DNA of 64,000 nucleotides from Bacteroidales bacterium. GTDB lineage: Bacteria; Bacteroidota; Bacteroidia; Bacteroidales; VadinHA17. Position 1 is the stretch's first letter, and each line of letters opens with the position of its first letter. Positions 56,453 to 64,000 of the stretch are shown here, piece after piece. The stretch lies in NCBI GenBank assembly GCA_046706305.1, contig JBJKPQ010000188.1:3202-67201 (forward strand). Reading direction: 5' to 3'. The position numbers and the translations under genes were made by a program. Under the pieces are notes generated by a model, which saw nothing but the letters and a program-made list of their open reading frames with translations, was not told where the DNA came from and searched no databases.

Positions 56453-59400
56453 TTAGTTTAACTCAGCTCCTACCGCAGGCCTGCCGGCTCTTGAAAAAGC
56501 ACCGGGTGACTTCTGCGATGAAGACTCATTCAGGATCTCGGAGATGATCCTGTTTCTCTCCTTCTCAATCTGCACTTTCATCACGGCATCCTCCTGTTCA
56601 TCAAAATATACTGTTCCGTCAACCATTGTTTTCAGAACCCTGGAGTAAACAGACAAAGGATTACCACTCCATAAGACAAGATCTGCATCCTTTCCAACCT
56701 TAATACTGCCCGTTCTGTCGCCAAGATGCAGATCAATAGCAGGGTTAATTGTTATCAGCTTAAGAGCTTCTGTTTCACTGATGCCCCCGTATTTCATTAT
56801 CTTGGCTGCTTCCTGGTTAAGTCTTCTTCCCATCTCGGCATCGTCGGAGTTAATGCATACCAGTACTCCCTCCTGCAAAAGAATGGCAGCATTATAGGCT
56901 ATGCCCTCATAAACCTCGTACTTATAGTCCCACCAGTCGGAGAAGACAGAAGCGGCTGTACCGTTGGCGGCAATTTTATCAGCATACTTATAACCTTCAT
57001 TGCAATGAATAAGTGTATTAACCTTCACACCGAAATCCCTCGCCAGGTCCATAATCATAATACCTTCTGACTGTACATACGAATGACATTCAATAAAGCT
57101 CTTTTTTTCAAGGACATCTACAATGGCATCAAGCTCAAGATCTCTCCTCGGAGGTACTTTGCCGGCTTTTTCAGCAGGTTTCATAGCATTCCATTTATCC
57201 CATTCATTTCTGTAATCTTCGGCTCTCCGGTATGCATCACGTATTATCTGCTCCACTCCCATCCTTGTGTTAGGATAGCGTCCCGACATGCGCTTTACAT
57301 TCTCACCCAGGGCATGTTTCAGGAATCCCACCTGGTTTTCCACCTTAAGTCCTTCAGCATCCTTTCCCCATCGTTCCTTTATAAGGACAGACTGACCACC
57401 GATGGGATTGGCAGAGCCGTGAAGAATATGCGAGAGCGTGACACCGCCGGATAGTTGCCTGTAAATGGTCTCATCCTCAGGATCTATAATATCCCCTACC
57501 CTTACCTCTGAAGTAATTGCCTGTCCCATCTCATTGGTACCATCCATGGCTATATGTGAATGCTGGTCTATAATACCCGGTGTAAGGTGTTTGCCTGTGG
57601 CATCAATAACCTTCACACCTGATGGGGCCTTAAGGTTCTTACCTATCTTTACAATTTTGCCTTTCTGCACAAGAACGTCTGTATTAGCCAGGTTACCTTC
57701 TTTTTCGCTGGTCCACACCATGGCATTTTTAAACAGTACATCCTCCTGTTGTGGTATTTCAGTTCTGCCATAGGCAGCAAAAGGGTATATTACAGGACCA
57801 GTCTTGTGGACCTCCGTTTCCTTTTTCCTACCTGTTGACGATTTACCGGTGGAGTCACTTACAAAAACTGCATTCCATTTAACCCAGGTGCCATCTTCCA
57901 ACTGGCCCTTCCCCTCAATCGACTTATCGCCTATATATCCTATAAGTCTGAATTTGTGGCTTGCCCTGTCGAAGTTAACAGTCACCAGGTCCTTGTCAAT
58001 TGAAAATGTGGCGCCCTTTATTGAGGCAGAGTCTTCCATTAACTTAACGGAGGGTTTATTTAGTGTTCCTGACAGAACCATCTTATATTTTGCAGTATCA
58101 ACATTAACTGCCCATGTTCCTCTCAGGTCCTTTGTCCTGAGATCTACAAACCGGTAAGGTGTACCCTGTACCCAGTTTTCATATATAACACAGTCGTCCT
58201 TAAAGATATCACCCGACGTTACAAGAAGGTTGGCTATCATACCCTTCCGTACAGCTCCTAACAGCGCACCGGCACCCACATATTCTGCCGGTACCGTAGT
58301 AAGGGCTTTGAGAGCCTCCGATTCCGGCAGACCATAACTGACTGCTTTCCTGAGGTTATCGAGAAAGGAAGATCTTTTCTTCAGGTCGGATGAGGTAATG
58401 GCAAATGTAATACCGGCTTTCGAGACACTGGAAAGATTTGAAGGAGCCATTTCCCAGCTTTTCAGATCGACATAGCTTACCGAAGCAGCATCATAGGGAT
58501 CCTTAACATCAGGTGCATCCGGGAAATTAACCGGGATTATCAGTTTATCGCCGGTATTCTTTATATCATTAATAGTCTGGTATTCATCGCCCCCTCCTTT
58601 TATGATATAGCTGATACCAAACTCTTTTCCTATCTTGTCTGCCCTCAGAGCTTCCAGCTTATTCGATACTTCGAATATCTGTGGAAGGCCGAGGTTTGCA
58701 TTATAGGCTTCAAGACCATCATCCTGGAAGTACCCGGGAGGAAGCTGTTTATACCACTGTGCATCATAATTCAACTGCCTGAGCAGTGCTATGATACCAA
58801 AGGGCGATATCGGATATAAATCGGCAGATTGTCCTCTCGAAAAAGAATAGTTAGCTGAAGCCCTGTTTTTCAGAATAACATTATTTGACTTTCCGTCTGC
58901 TGTGGTTACGAGTGCCGATGTTCCCCTTGCAATACCATTATCCTTAAATGTCAGTACTGCCCCGAACCCGGCTTTCCTGTATTCATCAGCTGTCTTTTTA
59001 TCAGGTATAAACTCATCTGTTACATCATACGAGGCATGGATCCCGTTATTCCAGTAGTCTGCAATTCTCGGCTCCGGTTTTGTCTCACGCGATGAGCTGC
59101 GACCGGTTGTCATAAAAGCTGCATATGGATTTACAGATGACCCGGACGATCCAGATTTTATCCCGTAGTTACCTGCATAAATATCGACGAAAGAAGGATA
59201 TATTGTTTTTCCTGACATGTCATACACAATTGTACCATCCGGGAATTCCAGACCGGAACCTATGGCCGCTATCCTTCCGTCGGCAATAAGTATATCAGCT
59301 TTCTCCAGAGTGGTCTGGTAGTCAACCACAACGCGGGCATTCTTAAGCCCGAAAATATCCACCCGCCTGTCACTAACACCAATAACAGGAGCATCATCCT

Positions 59401-59458
59401 GTTGAGCATGAAGTTGAAAAGGCAGAGCAAGAAGAAGCAAGAGTAAAATTTTGCGCAT
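56453..59458 (-). CDS. Secreted tandem amidohydrolase-fold protein (degenerate N-terminal unit plus HxH-bearing C-terminal unit)
   Basis: Signal peptide. The first unit has YPSFVDIYAGNYG (no HxH) and ends with KGMIANLLVTSGDIF. The second unit has TPGIIDQHSHIAMDG and ends with GSIKVGKDADLVLWSGNPLS. Confidence 0.8.
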   Translation of the reverse strand: MRKILLLLLLALPFQLHAQQDDAPVIGVSDRRVDIFGLKNARVVVDYQTTLEKADILIADGRIAAIGSGLEFPDGTIVYDMSGKTIYPSFVDIYAGNYGIKSGSSGSSVNPYAAFMTTGRSSSRETKPEPRIADYWNNGIHASYDVTDEFIPDKKTADEYRKAGFGAVLTFKDNGIARGTSALVTTADGKSNNVILKNRASANYSFSRGQSADLYPISPFGIIALLRQLNYDAQWYKQLPPGYFQDDGLEAYNANLGLPQIFEVSNKLEALRADKIGKEFGISYIIKGGGDEYQTINDIKNTGDKLIIPVNFPDAPDVKDPYDAASVSYVDLKSWEMAPSNLSSVSKAGITFAITSSDLKKRSSFLDNLRKAVSYGLPESEALKALTTVPAEYVGAGALLGAVRKGMIANLLVTSGDIFKDDCVIYENWVQGTPYRFVDLRTKDLRGTWAVNVDTAKYKMVLSGTLNKPSVKLMEDSASIKGATFSIDKDLVTVNFDRASHKFRLIGYIGDKSIEGKGQLEDGTWVKWNAVFVSDSTGKSSTGRKKETEVHKTGPVIYPFAAYGRTEIPQQEDVLFKNAMVWTSEKEGNLANTDVLVQKGKIVKIGKNLKAPSGVKVIDATGKHLTPGIIDQHSHIAMDGTNEMGQAITSEVRVGDIIDPEDETIYRQLSGGVTLSHILHGSANPIGGQSVLIKERWGKDAEGLKVENQVGFLKHALGENVKRMSGRYPNTRMGVEQIIRDAYRRAEDYRNEWDKWNAMKPAEKAGKVPPRRDLELDAIVDVLEKKSFIECHSYVQSEGIMIMDLARDFGVKVNTLIHCNEGYKYADKIAANGTAASVFSDWWDYKYEVYEGIAYNAAILLQEGVLVCINSDDAEMGRRLNQEAAKIMKYGGISETEALKLITINPAIDLHLGDRTGSIKVGKDADLVLWSGNPLSVYSRVLKTMVDGTVYFDEQEDAVMKVQIEKERNRIISEILNESSSQKSPGAFSRAGRPAVGAELN

Positions 59459-59581
59459 AATTATTTATGATTTAGGATGAATAAAGACGTAAGAAGTAAG
59501 GCAAAAGGCACAGGGCACTGGCCACCAAAATATAGTTTGCATCGCATACCTTGTTCCATATACCGTATACCGTATTCCCAC

Positions 59582-60799
59582 TCACTCATACAGGTAGTCT
59601 TTCAGGTAACTAAAATTCTCTGTTAGTTTTCCTTCCCTGAGTATAGTTGCTTTTTCAAGCATCGGGCTGTTAAAACCGGTAAAAAGATCGTGCAGTACAT
59701 TTCCCATCAGTTGCCTGCCAAAGTCGAGCGAAGCGTCACGTGGAAGTTCTCCGGGGAGATTGTCGATAGACATCACGGTAATATTGGTATTCCGTGAGAA
59801 TGCAGTCTCTTCCGATTCAAGAAAGGGGTTATATCCATAAAAAGGATCAGATATGGTTGTGGCCCTTAAAGTAGATGGTATAGGTCCCCTGATGTCGCAG
59901 CTGATATCTGCTATGACGGAGATCCTGAAATCTGGTTTTGTCATTTCCTCAGAAGTAAAAAACACCGGGGAACGGGGATCCCAGTAATGGCCGGCAATAA
60001 GAATATCCGTGGTTTTTGTAAAAGGTTCAAAGGCCGATTCATATTCACCCGGACATTCAACAAAATGACCGAAGTCAAATTTTCTGCCCTGCCTGTGAAT
60101 GGTATAATGTGCGGGTCCTATCCTTGTAAAAACAGGTACCTCAAATTCCCGCGATATATATTCTTCCGGAGTAACATACTCTATATCTGCAGCCTGAAGA
60201 GTCTCAACAGCGCCATTGGCTACCCTTCCTTCGCCGGTGACAAGAATCTTCAGACCGGGATTAAGTTCGATAAGTCGCAGACCTGCCCACATTTCTTCAA
60301 GGTCGCGGCACTGGTGAGCAGGTTTAAGCCTGAACCTGTTGGTCTTTATGCCCCTGGCACGTAAACCGTTATAAGCACCAACCAGTCCGGCATACCTGCC
60401 AAAAGCCACTACCCTTTGCCCGTCAGCCGATGTAAGATATTCATAATCGATCAGTGTTACGTTCGCGGCAACCATGTCTTTAAACATTTCGCGGTTATAT
60501 GGTTGTTGTTTCGCTACATGAGCAAAAAACATATAAACCTTACCGGGGATGAATGTCCTTCTGTCGACTTCCTTTACACCCATAAGGATATCGCAATCGC
60601 CCAGGTCTTCTTTTAGTGGAATATTGAGGTATTCATATTCCTCGTTTGAATAACACCTGATATCGCTGGGCTGGACAAAAAATTCAATCTCAGGATAAAG
60701 TTCTTCCAGCTGTGTTATCTGGGGTGGAGTAAGAGGCACCCTTCTGTCCGGGGGATTCTTGGTCTCCCTGAGAATGCCGACTTTTAGAGTTTTATTCAT
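59582..60799 (-). CDS. Alanine dehydrogenase/PNT-fold NAD(P) oxidoreductase, lysine-ketoglutarate reductase / saccharopine dehydrogenase-like
   Basis: N-terminal VGILRETKNPPDRRVPLTP and Rossmann motif ILVTGEGRVANGA. The subfamily assignment is tentative. Confidence 0.5.
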   Translation of the reverse strand: MNKTLKVGILRETKNPPDRRVPLTPPQITQLEELYPEIEFFVQPSDIRCYSNEEYEYLNIPLKEDLGDCDILMGVKEVDRRTFIPGKVYMFFAHVAKQQPYNREMFKDMVAANVTLIDYEYLTSADGQRVVAFGRYAGLVGAYNGLRARGIKTNRFRLKPAHQCRDLEEMWAGLRLIELNPGLKILVTGEGRVANGAVETLQAADIEYVTPEEYISREFEVPVFTRIGPAHYTIHRQGRKFDFGHFVECPGEYESAFEPFTKTTDILIAGHYWDPRSPVFFTSEEMTKPDFRISVIADISCDIRGPIPSTLRATTISDPFYGYNPFLESEETAFSRNTNITVMSIDNLPGELPRDASLDFGRQLMGNVLHDLFTGFNSPMLEKATILREGKLTENFSYLKDYLYE

Positions 60800-60918
60800 T
60801 TATCTGTACAGGTGGATTTAGGTGTAAAGTGTGAAGATAATAATTCAGCACCTTAACATTATAAACATTAAGTTAAATAAACATAAAAAATATCAATTCG
60901 CCCTAAGAACAACGGAAC

Positions 60919-62469
60919 TTACTGCCTGTTGAATGATTCCAGGAATTTCAACTGTTCGAGATGCGGTATTATTATCATTGCTGAGCTGTCGGCGAACTCC
61001 ATGGCCTGGTTTGTTTCGTTATTAAAGAAAGGCCAGTCCGGAAGTCCGGGTCCGTTAGGATCACCAGTCCTGGCAAAATTGACCCAGTATGAAGACATCT
61101 GCCCGGCAAGGTCGTAATCGGCTTTAACAAAAGGTCTGTCCCATAATTTGAGATTATTGAGGGCATAGCCGAATTCTGATGAATGGAAAGCTCCGTAATC
61201 AGGTTCACCGGGAGGAACATGACTGAAGTAATAGAGGTAAGCAGGGTTATGGCCATAAGTGCTCTGAAGGTCAGCCCATATATAGTTCTGAACGCCGAAC
61301 AGCAGTTGATTCAGGAGCTTCTGCGATGCTGCTGCCTCCTGGTCATCACCTGCCGGGAAGAGTTTTATAAACTGATCATACTTATCACCGTAGGTCTGCC
61401 TGGCATTTTTTCTGAATTCGGCTGCGCTCATCGGCCTGCCGCTCATACCGTCATCAGCATTCCATCCGGAGATAAGAGGCACATCATTCTGTTTGTCCTC
61501 TTTAAAGGTCTTCCATGAAGGCATAACCACATGATTATCGATGACGATTCCCCATCGCCCCGGTATTTTGATCAGCGAATCCGCAGGCATTTGCCTGAGT
61601 TCTGCTACAGATCTGGCTCCTGCCCGCTCCATATATTTAACGCCTGCTTCTTCGGCATTCTTCATTGTATTGACGATGCCAAAATTCATAGCGAACATAC
61701 CTCCGCTTTCTCCTATAGCTCTTTGGAACAGTCCTTTTGCCGGAGGAGAGACCATCAACGCGTTAACGCTGAATGAACCGGCTGATTGTCCGTCTATTGT
61801 TACATTTCCCGGATCACCGCCAAAAGCAGCTATGTTCTTACTTACCCATCTCAGGGCAGCTTCCTGGTCGAGTATACCATAATTGCCGGATATGCTGTCG
61901 GGCGACTCGGCCGAGAGCTCGGGATGAGCCAGGAAACCGAAGACACCCAGCCTGTAATTTATTGTAATAAAGACAACGCCTTTCTTTGCCATCTGCTCAC
62001 CGTTATACAGTGGCACTGTTCCGGAGCCTCCTGTAAATCCTCCTCCATGAATCCATACGATAACGGGAAGCTTGTCGCCGGTATGGTTTGCAGGAGTCCA
62101 TACATTGAGATAGAGACAATCTTCGCTCAGTGGTTCCAGGGGAGCCATAAACTCTTTTGTCCACATCATAAAAGGCAAGGGCTTGGCCTGCATTGCACTC
62201 GGAGGAGGAGTAACACATTCCCTTACACCGGACCAGGTGGTAACAGGCTGTGGAGGCTTCCACCGTAATGAGTCAACAGGGGGAGCAGCAAAAGGGATCC
62301 CCATGAATATCTTAACAGAGCCATCCTGGCCTGTCTTGCCGGAAATATAGCCGGCGTCTGTCTTTACCTTTTTAAAATCAATTTTTGAACCTGTATAATT
62401 CTTGTTCGATGAACAGGAAAACAGAACAGGTAAAAGCAACAGTGGAAGGAAGAGTTTTAGTTTATGCAT
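60919..62469 (-). CDS. Type-B carboxylesterase/lipase family lipoprotein
   Basis: Lipobox LFSCS. Oxyanion motif WIHGGGF, nucleophile elbow GQSAGS, and EDCLYLNVW. Confidence 0.85.
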   Translation of the reverse strand: MHKLKLFLPLLLLPVLFSCSSNKNYTGSKIDFKKVKTDAGYISGKTGQDGSVKIFMGIPFAAPPVDSLRWKPPQPVTTWSGVRECVTPPPSAMQAKPLPFMMWTKEFMAPLEPLSEDCLYLNVWTPANHTGDKLPVIVWIHGGGFTGGSGTVPLYNGEQMAKKGVVFITINYRLGVFGFLAHPELSAESPDSISGNYGILDQEAALRWVSKNIAAFGGDPGNVTIDGQSAGSFSVNALMVSPPAKGLFQRAIGESGGMFAMNFGIVNTMKNAEEAGVKYMERAGARSVAELRQMPADSLIKIPGRWGIVIDNHVVMPSWKTFKEDKQNDVPLISGWNADDGMSGRPMSAAEFRKNARQTYGDKYDQFIKLFPAGDDQEAAASQKLLNQLLFGVQNYIWADLQSTYGHNPAYLYYFSHVPPGEPDYGAFHSSEFGYALNNLKLWDRPFVKADYDLAGQMSSYWVNFARTGDPNGPGLPDWPFFNNETNQAMEFADSSAMIIIPHLEQLKFLESFNRQ

Positions 62470-62569
62470 CTGGTATTAAGAATTGATTTAAACATAGCAT
62501 CCGGGCATAGTTTTTGAGGTATCCCGGTTAAATAACAACTAAAGATAAAAAAAGGATTAACAAATATTG

Positions 62570-62577
62570 TATCTTTG
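62570..62577 (+). promoter_or_regulatory. -7 box TATCTTTG for ssrA
   Basis: Matches TAnnTTTG. It lies 14 nt upstream of the mature tmRNA 5' end, consistent with a short RNase P-processed leader. Confidence 0.5.
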
Positions 62578-62591
62578 CACTTATAAAAATC

Positions 62592-62984
62592 GGGGCTGAC
62601 CTGGTTTTGACAGCATGAGAGGTGGTATGTAAGCATGCAGTGTGTGGTGACACGTCACTTATACAGGGTCACAAACAATTAACTGGCGAATCTAATTTTG
62701 CTCTCGCTGCTTAAGCGAATAAAGTAACCTAAGCTTTATCCCGGCTCATGAGTCGGGACGAGACGTCTCCCGGGCGGTTCTGCCCTGATCCAACCCGATA
62801 AGGAGGCGCACGGAATCCGGGGCTAGTCGGAGGGATGTTCCTGCCCAAAGGCGAAAACAACAGGAAATAAGGACAGGTTAGGTTGTTCTGCAGCTGACCG
62901 GTCACGAAAAACAAGCAGGACTAAGCATGTAGAAAGCATATGGTCTCCTTGTTTGGACGCGGGTTCGACTCCCGCCAGCTCCAC
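62592..62984 (+). ncRNA. ssrA: Transfer-messenger RNA (tmRNA)
   Basis: The 5' GGGGCUGACCUGGUUUUGACAGC and 3' GGACGCGGGUUCGACUCCCGCCAGCUCCACC form the tRNA-Ala-like acceptor/T-arm. An internal tag frame is present. Confidence 0.9.
62684..62713 (+). other. tmRNA tag-peptide reading frame GESNFALAA-stop
   Basis: GGC GAA TCT AAT TTT GCT CTC GCT GCT TAA, read directly from the sequence. It ends in the canonical ALAA degradation signal. Confidence 0.8.
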
Positions 62985-63175
62985 CTCCGCCCTCCGTAGC
63001 TTTCTTTGTCCTCCATAATGAAATGAAGGAGGAAGCGAAGGAGGGTTTTTTTATTGATTAAATTTTGTGTCGCTAAAACTACTCCGGGCTTGCTCCTTCG
63101 CTATTTGATCAACATTAGCAACAAATAGTAAAGGAAGCTTCGGAGCAGAGTCACGGTGGACACAGTCCACAACTT
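62985..63175 (+). repeat. Copy 1 of a ~190-bp hairpin-rich non-coding module, starting at the tmRNA 3' end
   Basis: A near-identical copy lies 249 bp downstream. It contains a CU-rich/GA-rich hairpin (CCCTCC...CCTCC / GGAGG...GGAGGG) followed by a T7 run. A ~26-nt-arm imperfect hairpin follows (CTCCGGGCTTGCTCCTTCGCTATTTG / CAAATAGTAAAGGAAGCTTCGGAG), then GTGGAC-aca-GTCCAC. Confidence 0.8.
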
Positions 63176-63233
63176 TTTCTTAGACTACTTTAATATTTCA
63201 CAGAAAATTTTCGATATAATTGGCAAAGGAGGG

Positions 63234-63424
63234 CTCCGCCCTCCGTAGCTTTCTTTGTCCTCCGTAATGAAATGAAGGAGGAAGCGAAGGAGGGCTTTTT
63301 TATTGATAACATTTAAAATCGCTAAACCTACTCCGGGCTTGCTCCTTCGCTATTTGATCAACATTAGCAACAAATAGTAAAGGAAGCTTCGGAGCAGAGT
63401 CACGGAGGACGCGGTCAACTATTA
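63234..63424 (+). repeat. Copy 2 of the same module
   Basis: In my manual alignment to copy 1, the two large hairpin segments are identical except for one loop base. Substitutions cluster in the ~20-nt linker after the T-run and in the terminal small hairpin. Confidence 0.8.
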
Positions 63425-63920
63425 TTCAATTACCCCTTTTGGAAAATACTGAGCAAAGTGAGCAATATCACCTTTACATTCAGGCAAACAATTAAAATTA
63501 TCCATTAATATTTCCTTAGAATTTGCATTTAAAGCAAAAAAACAAATAAATTTGTTTCGGGAAATACCGAAATGAATTAATATGGATTAAATTTTTCCCA
63601 CAAAATGTTTAAAAAGGCCATATCTCGTAAAAAAGTTTAAAGACTCGCATATGGCCGGGTGGAATATAAGTTCTTCAAATGTTTAATACAGTCGGAATAA
63701 AGAGAATTGCAGAATAATGAATTTATAAGTCGGAACACAGGAAACTGAAAAAATTTTAACCGGGTGTTTCGTATTTTTCCGAAATAAGTCTTGAAGTGTG
63801 AACTATTAAGAAAAGGCATGTTACCGGGCTGTTGTGCCGGGGAAATAGCCCTTAACCAGGTGTAATTAAATGGATAACTAATAACTTCAATCAATATAAA
63901 CCTCAAAAAAAATAAAAATC

Positions 63921-64000
63921 ATGGACTTAAAATCAGTTGGTTTTATTGGCGGAGGAAGAATCACCAGGATAATTCTTCAAGCCCTGAAAAATAAGCAAAT
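63921..64000 (+). CDS. 5' end of a Rossmann-fold NAD(P)-binding protein (ProC/pyrroline-5-carboxylate reductase-like), truncated by the window
   Basis: MDLKSVGFIGGGRITRIILQALKNKQ translated by hand. It has a GxGxxG-like dinucleotide motif. Only 26 codons are visible. Confidence 0.35.
   Translation, partial: MDLKSVGFIGGGRITRIILQALKNKQ

Noticed and set aside
62729-62914. 61-aa minus-strand ORF
   Set aside because: It lies entirely inside the tmRNA gene.
62985-63424. Possible CRISPR array
   Set aside because: There are only two copies. The repeat units are ~190 bp and separated by ~58 bp, there are no short regular spacers, and there are no cas genes in the window.
63637-63906. 89-aa minus-strand ORF in the AT-rich spacer
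   Set aside because: It has no motifs, an odd composition, no promoter box, and it would run head-on into the next gene's promoter region. It is kept only as part of the non-coding-gap finding.
62592-63920. Genomic island or prophage integrated at ssrA
   Set aside because: No integrase or mobile-element gene is visible downstream within the window. The direct repeat does not duplicate the tmRNA 3' acceptor/T-arm sequence as an att site would. This cannot be fully excluded because the window ends at 64000.

Overview
This window looks like a chromosomal segment of an anaerobic Bacteroidota (Bacteroidales-like) genome. Supporting signs are a ~287-aa primary sigma factor, a Rho with a ~190-aa charged N-terminal insertion, PFOR (nifJ), a PorT-like barrel next to ubiE, recurrent TAnnTTTG -7 promoter boxes, and a tmRNA encoding the tag GESNFALAA. 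About 50 densely packed protein genes are supported. Two RNA genes are invisible to the ORF track: an SRP RNA (49730-49826, minus) and a tmRNA (62592-62984, plus). I saw no transposase, integrase, phage gene, CRISPR array or recognisable defence gene. Most content is housekeeping: gap, miaA, rpe, rpoD, rho, nifJ, ruvX, def, comEC, trkAH, tsaC, msrAB, ubiE. The most unusual loci are three. (1) A tight six-gene minus-strand operon (17651-24818) is led by a membrane-anchored tetrahaem NapC/NirT-type cytochrome fused to a cysteine-less FGE/SUMF1 domain. It continues with a TAT-signal Gfo/Idh/MocA lipoprotein, a ThuA-like lipoprotein, a polyprenyl-phosphate GT2 and a PMT/ArnT-like GT-C with a TPR tail, and it converges on a cytoplasmic TIM-barrel plus Gfo/Idh/MocA pair. 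(2) A translationally coupled four-gene membrane redox operon (2168-5003) combines a DsbD_2/TauE-like protein, a NapH-like polyferredoxin, an anchored unknown protein and an ICMT-like methyltransferase, and sits next to a membrane LytTR regulator. (3) A 249-bp-period tandem duplication of a hairpin-rich non-coding module lies directly 3' of the tmRNA. All functional calls come from motif recognition in the supplied translations and manual reading of the DNA. No database search, HMM scan or folding program was run.
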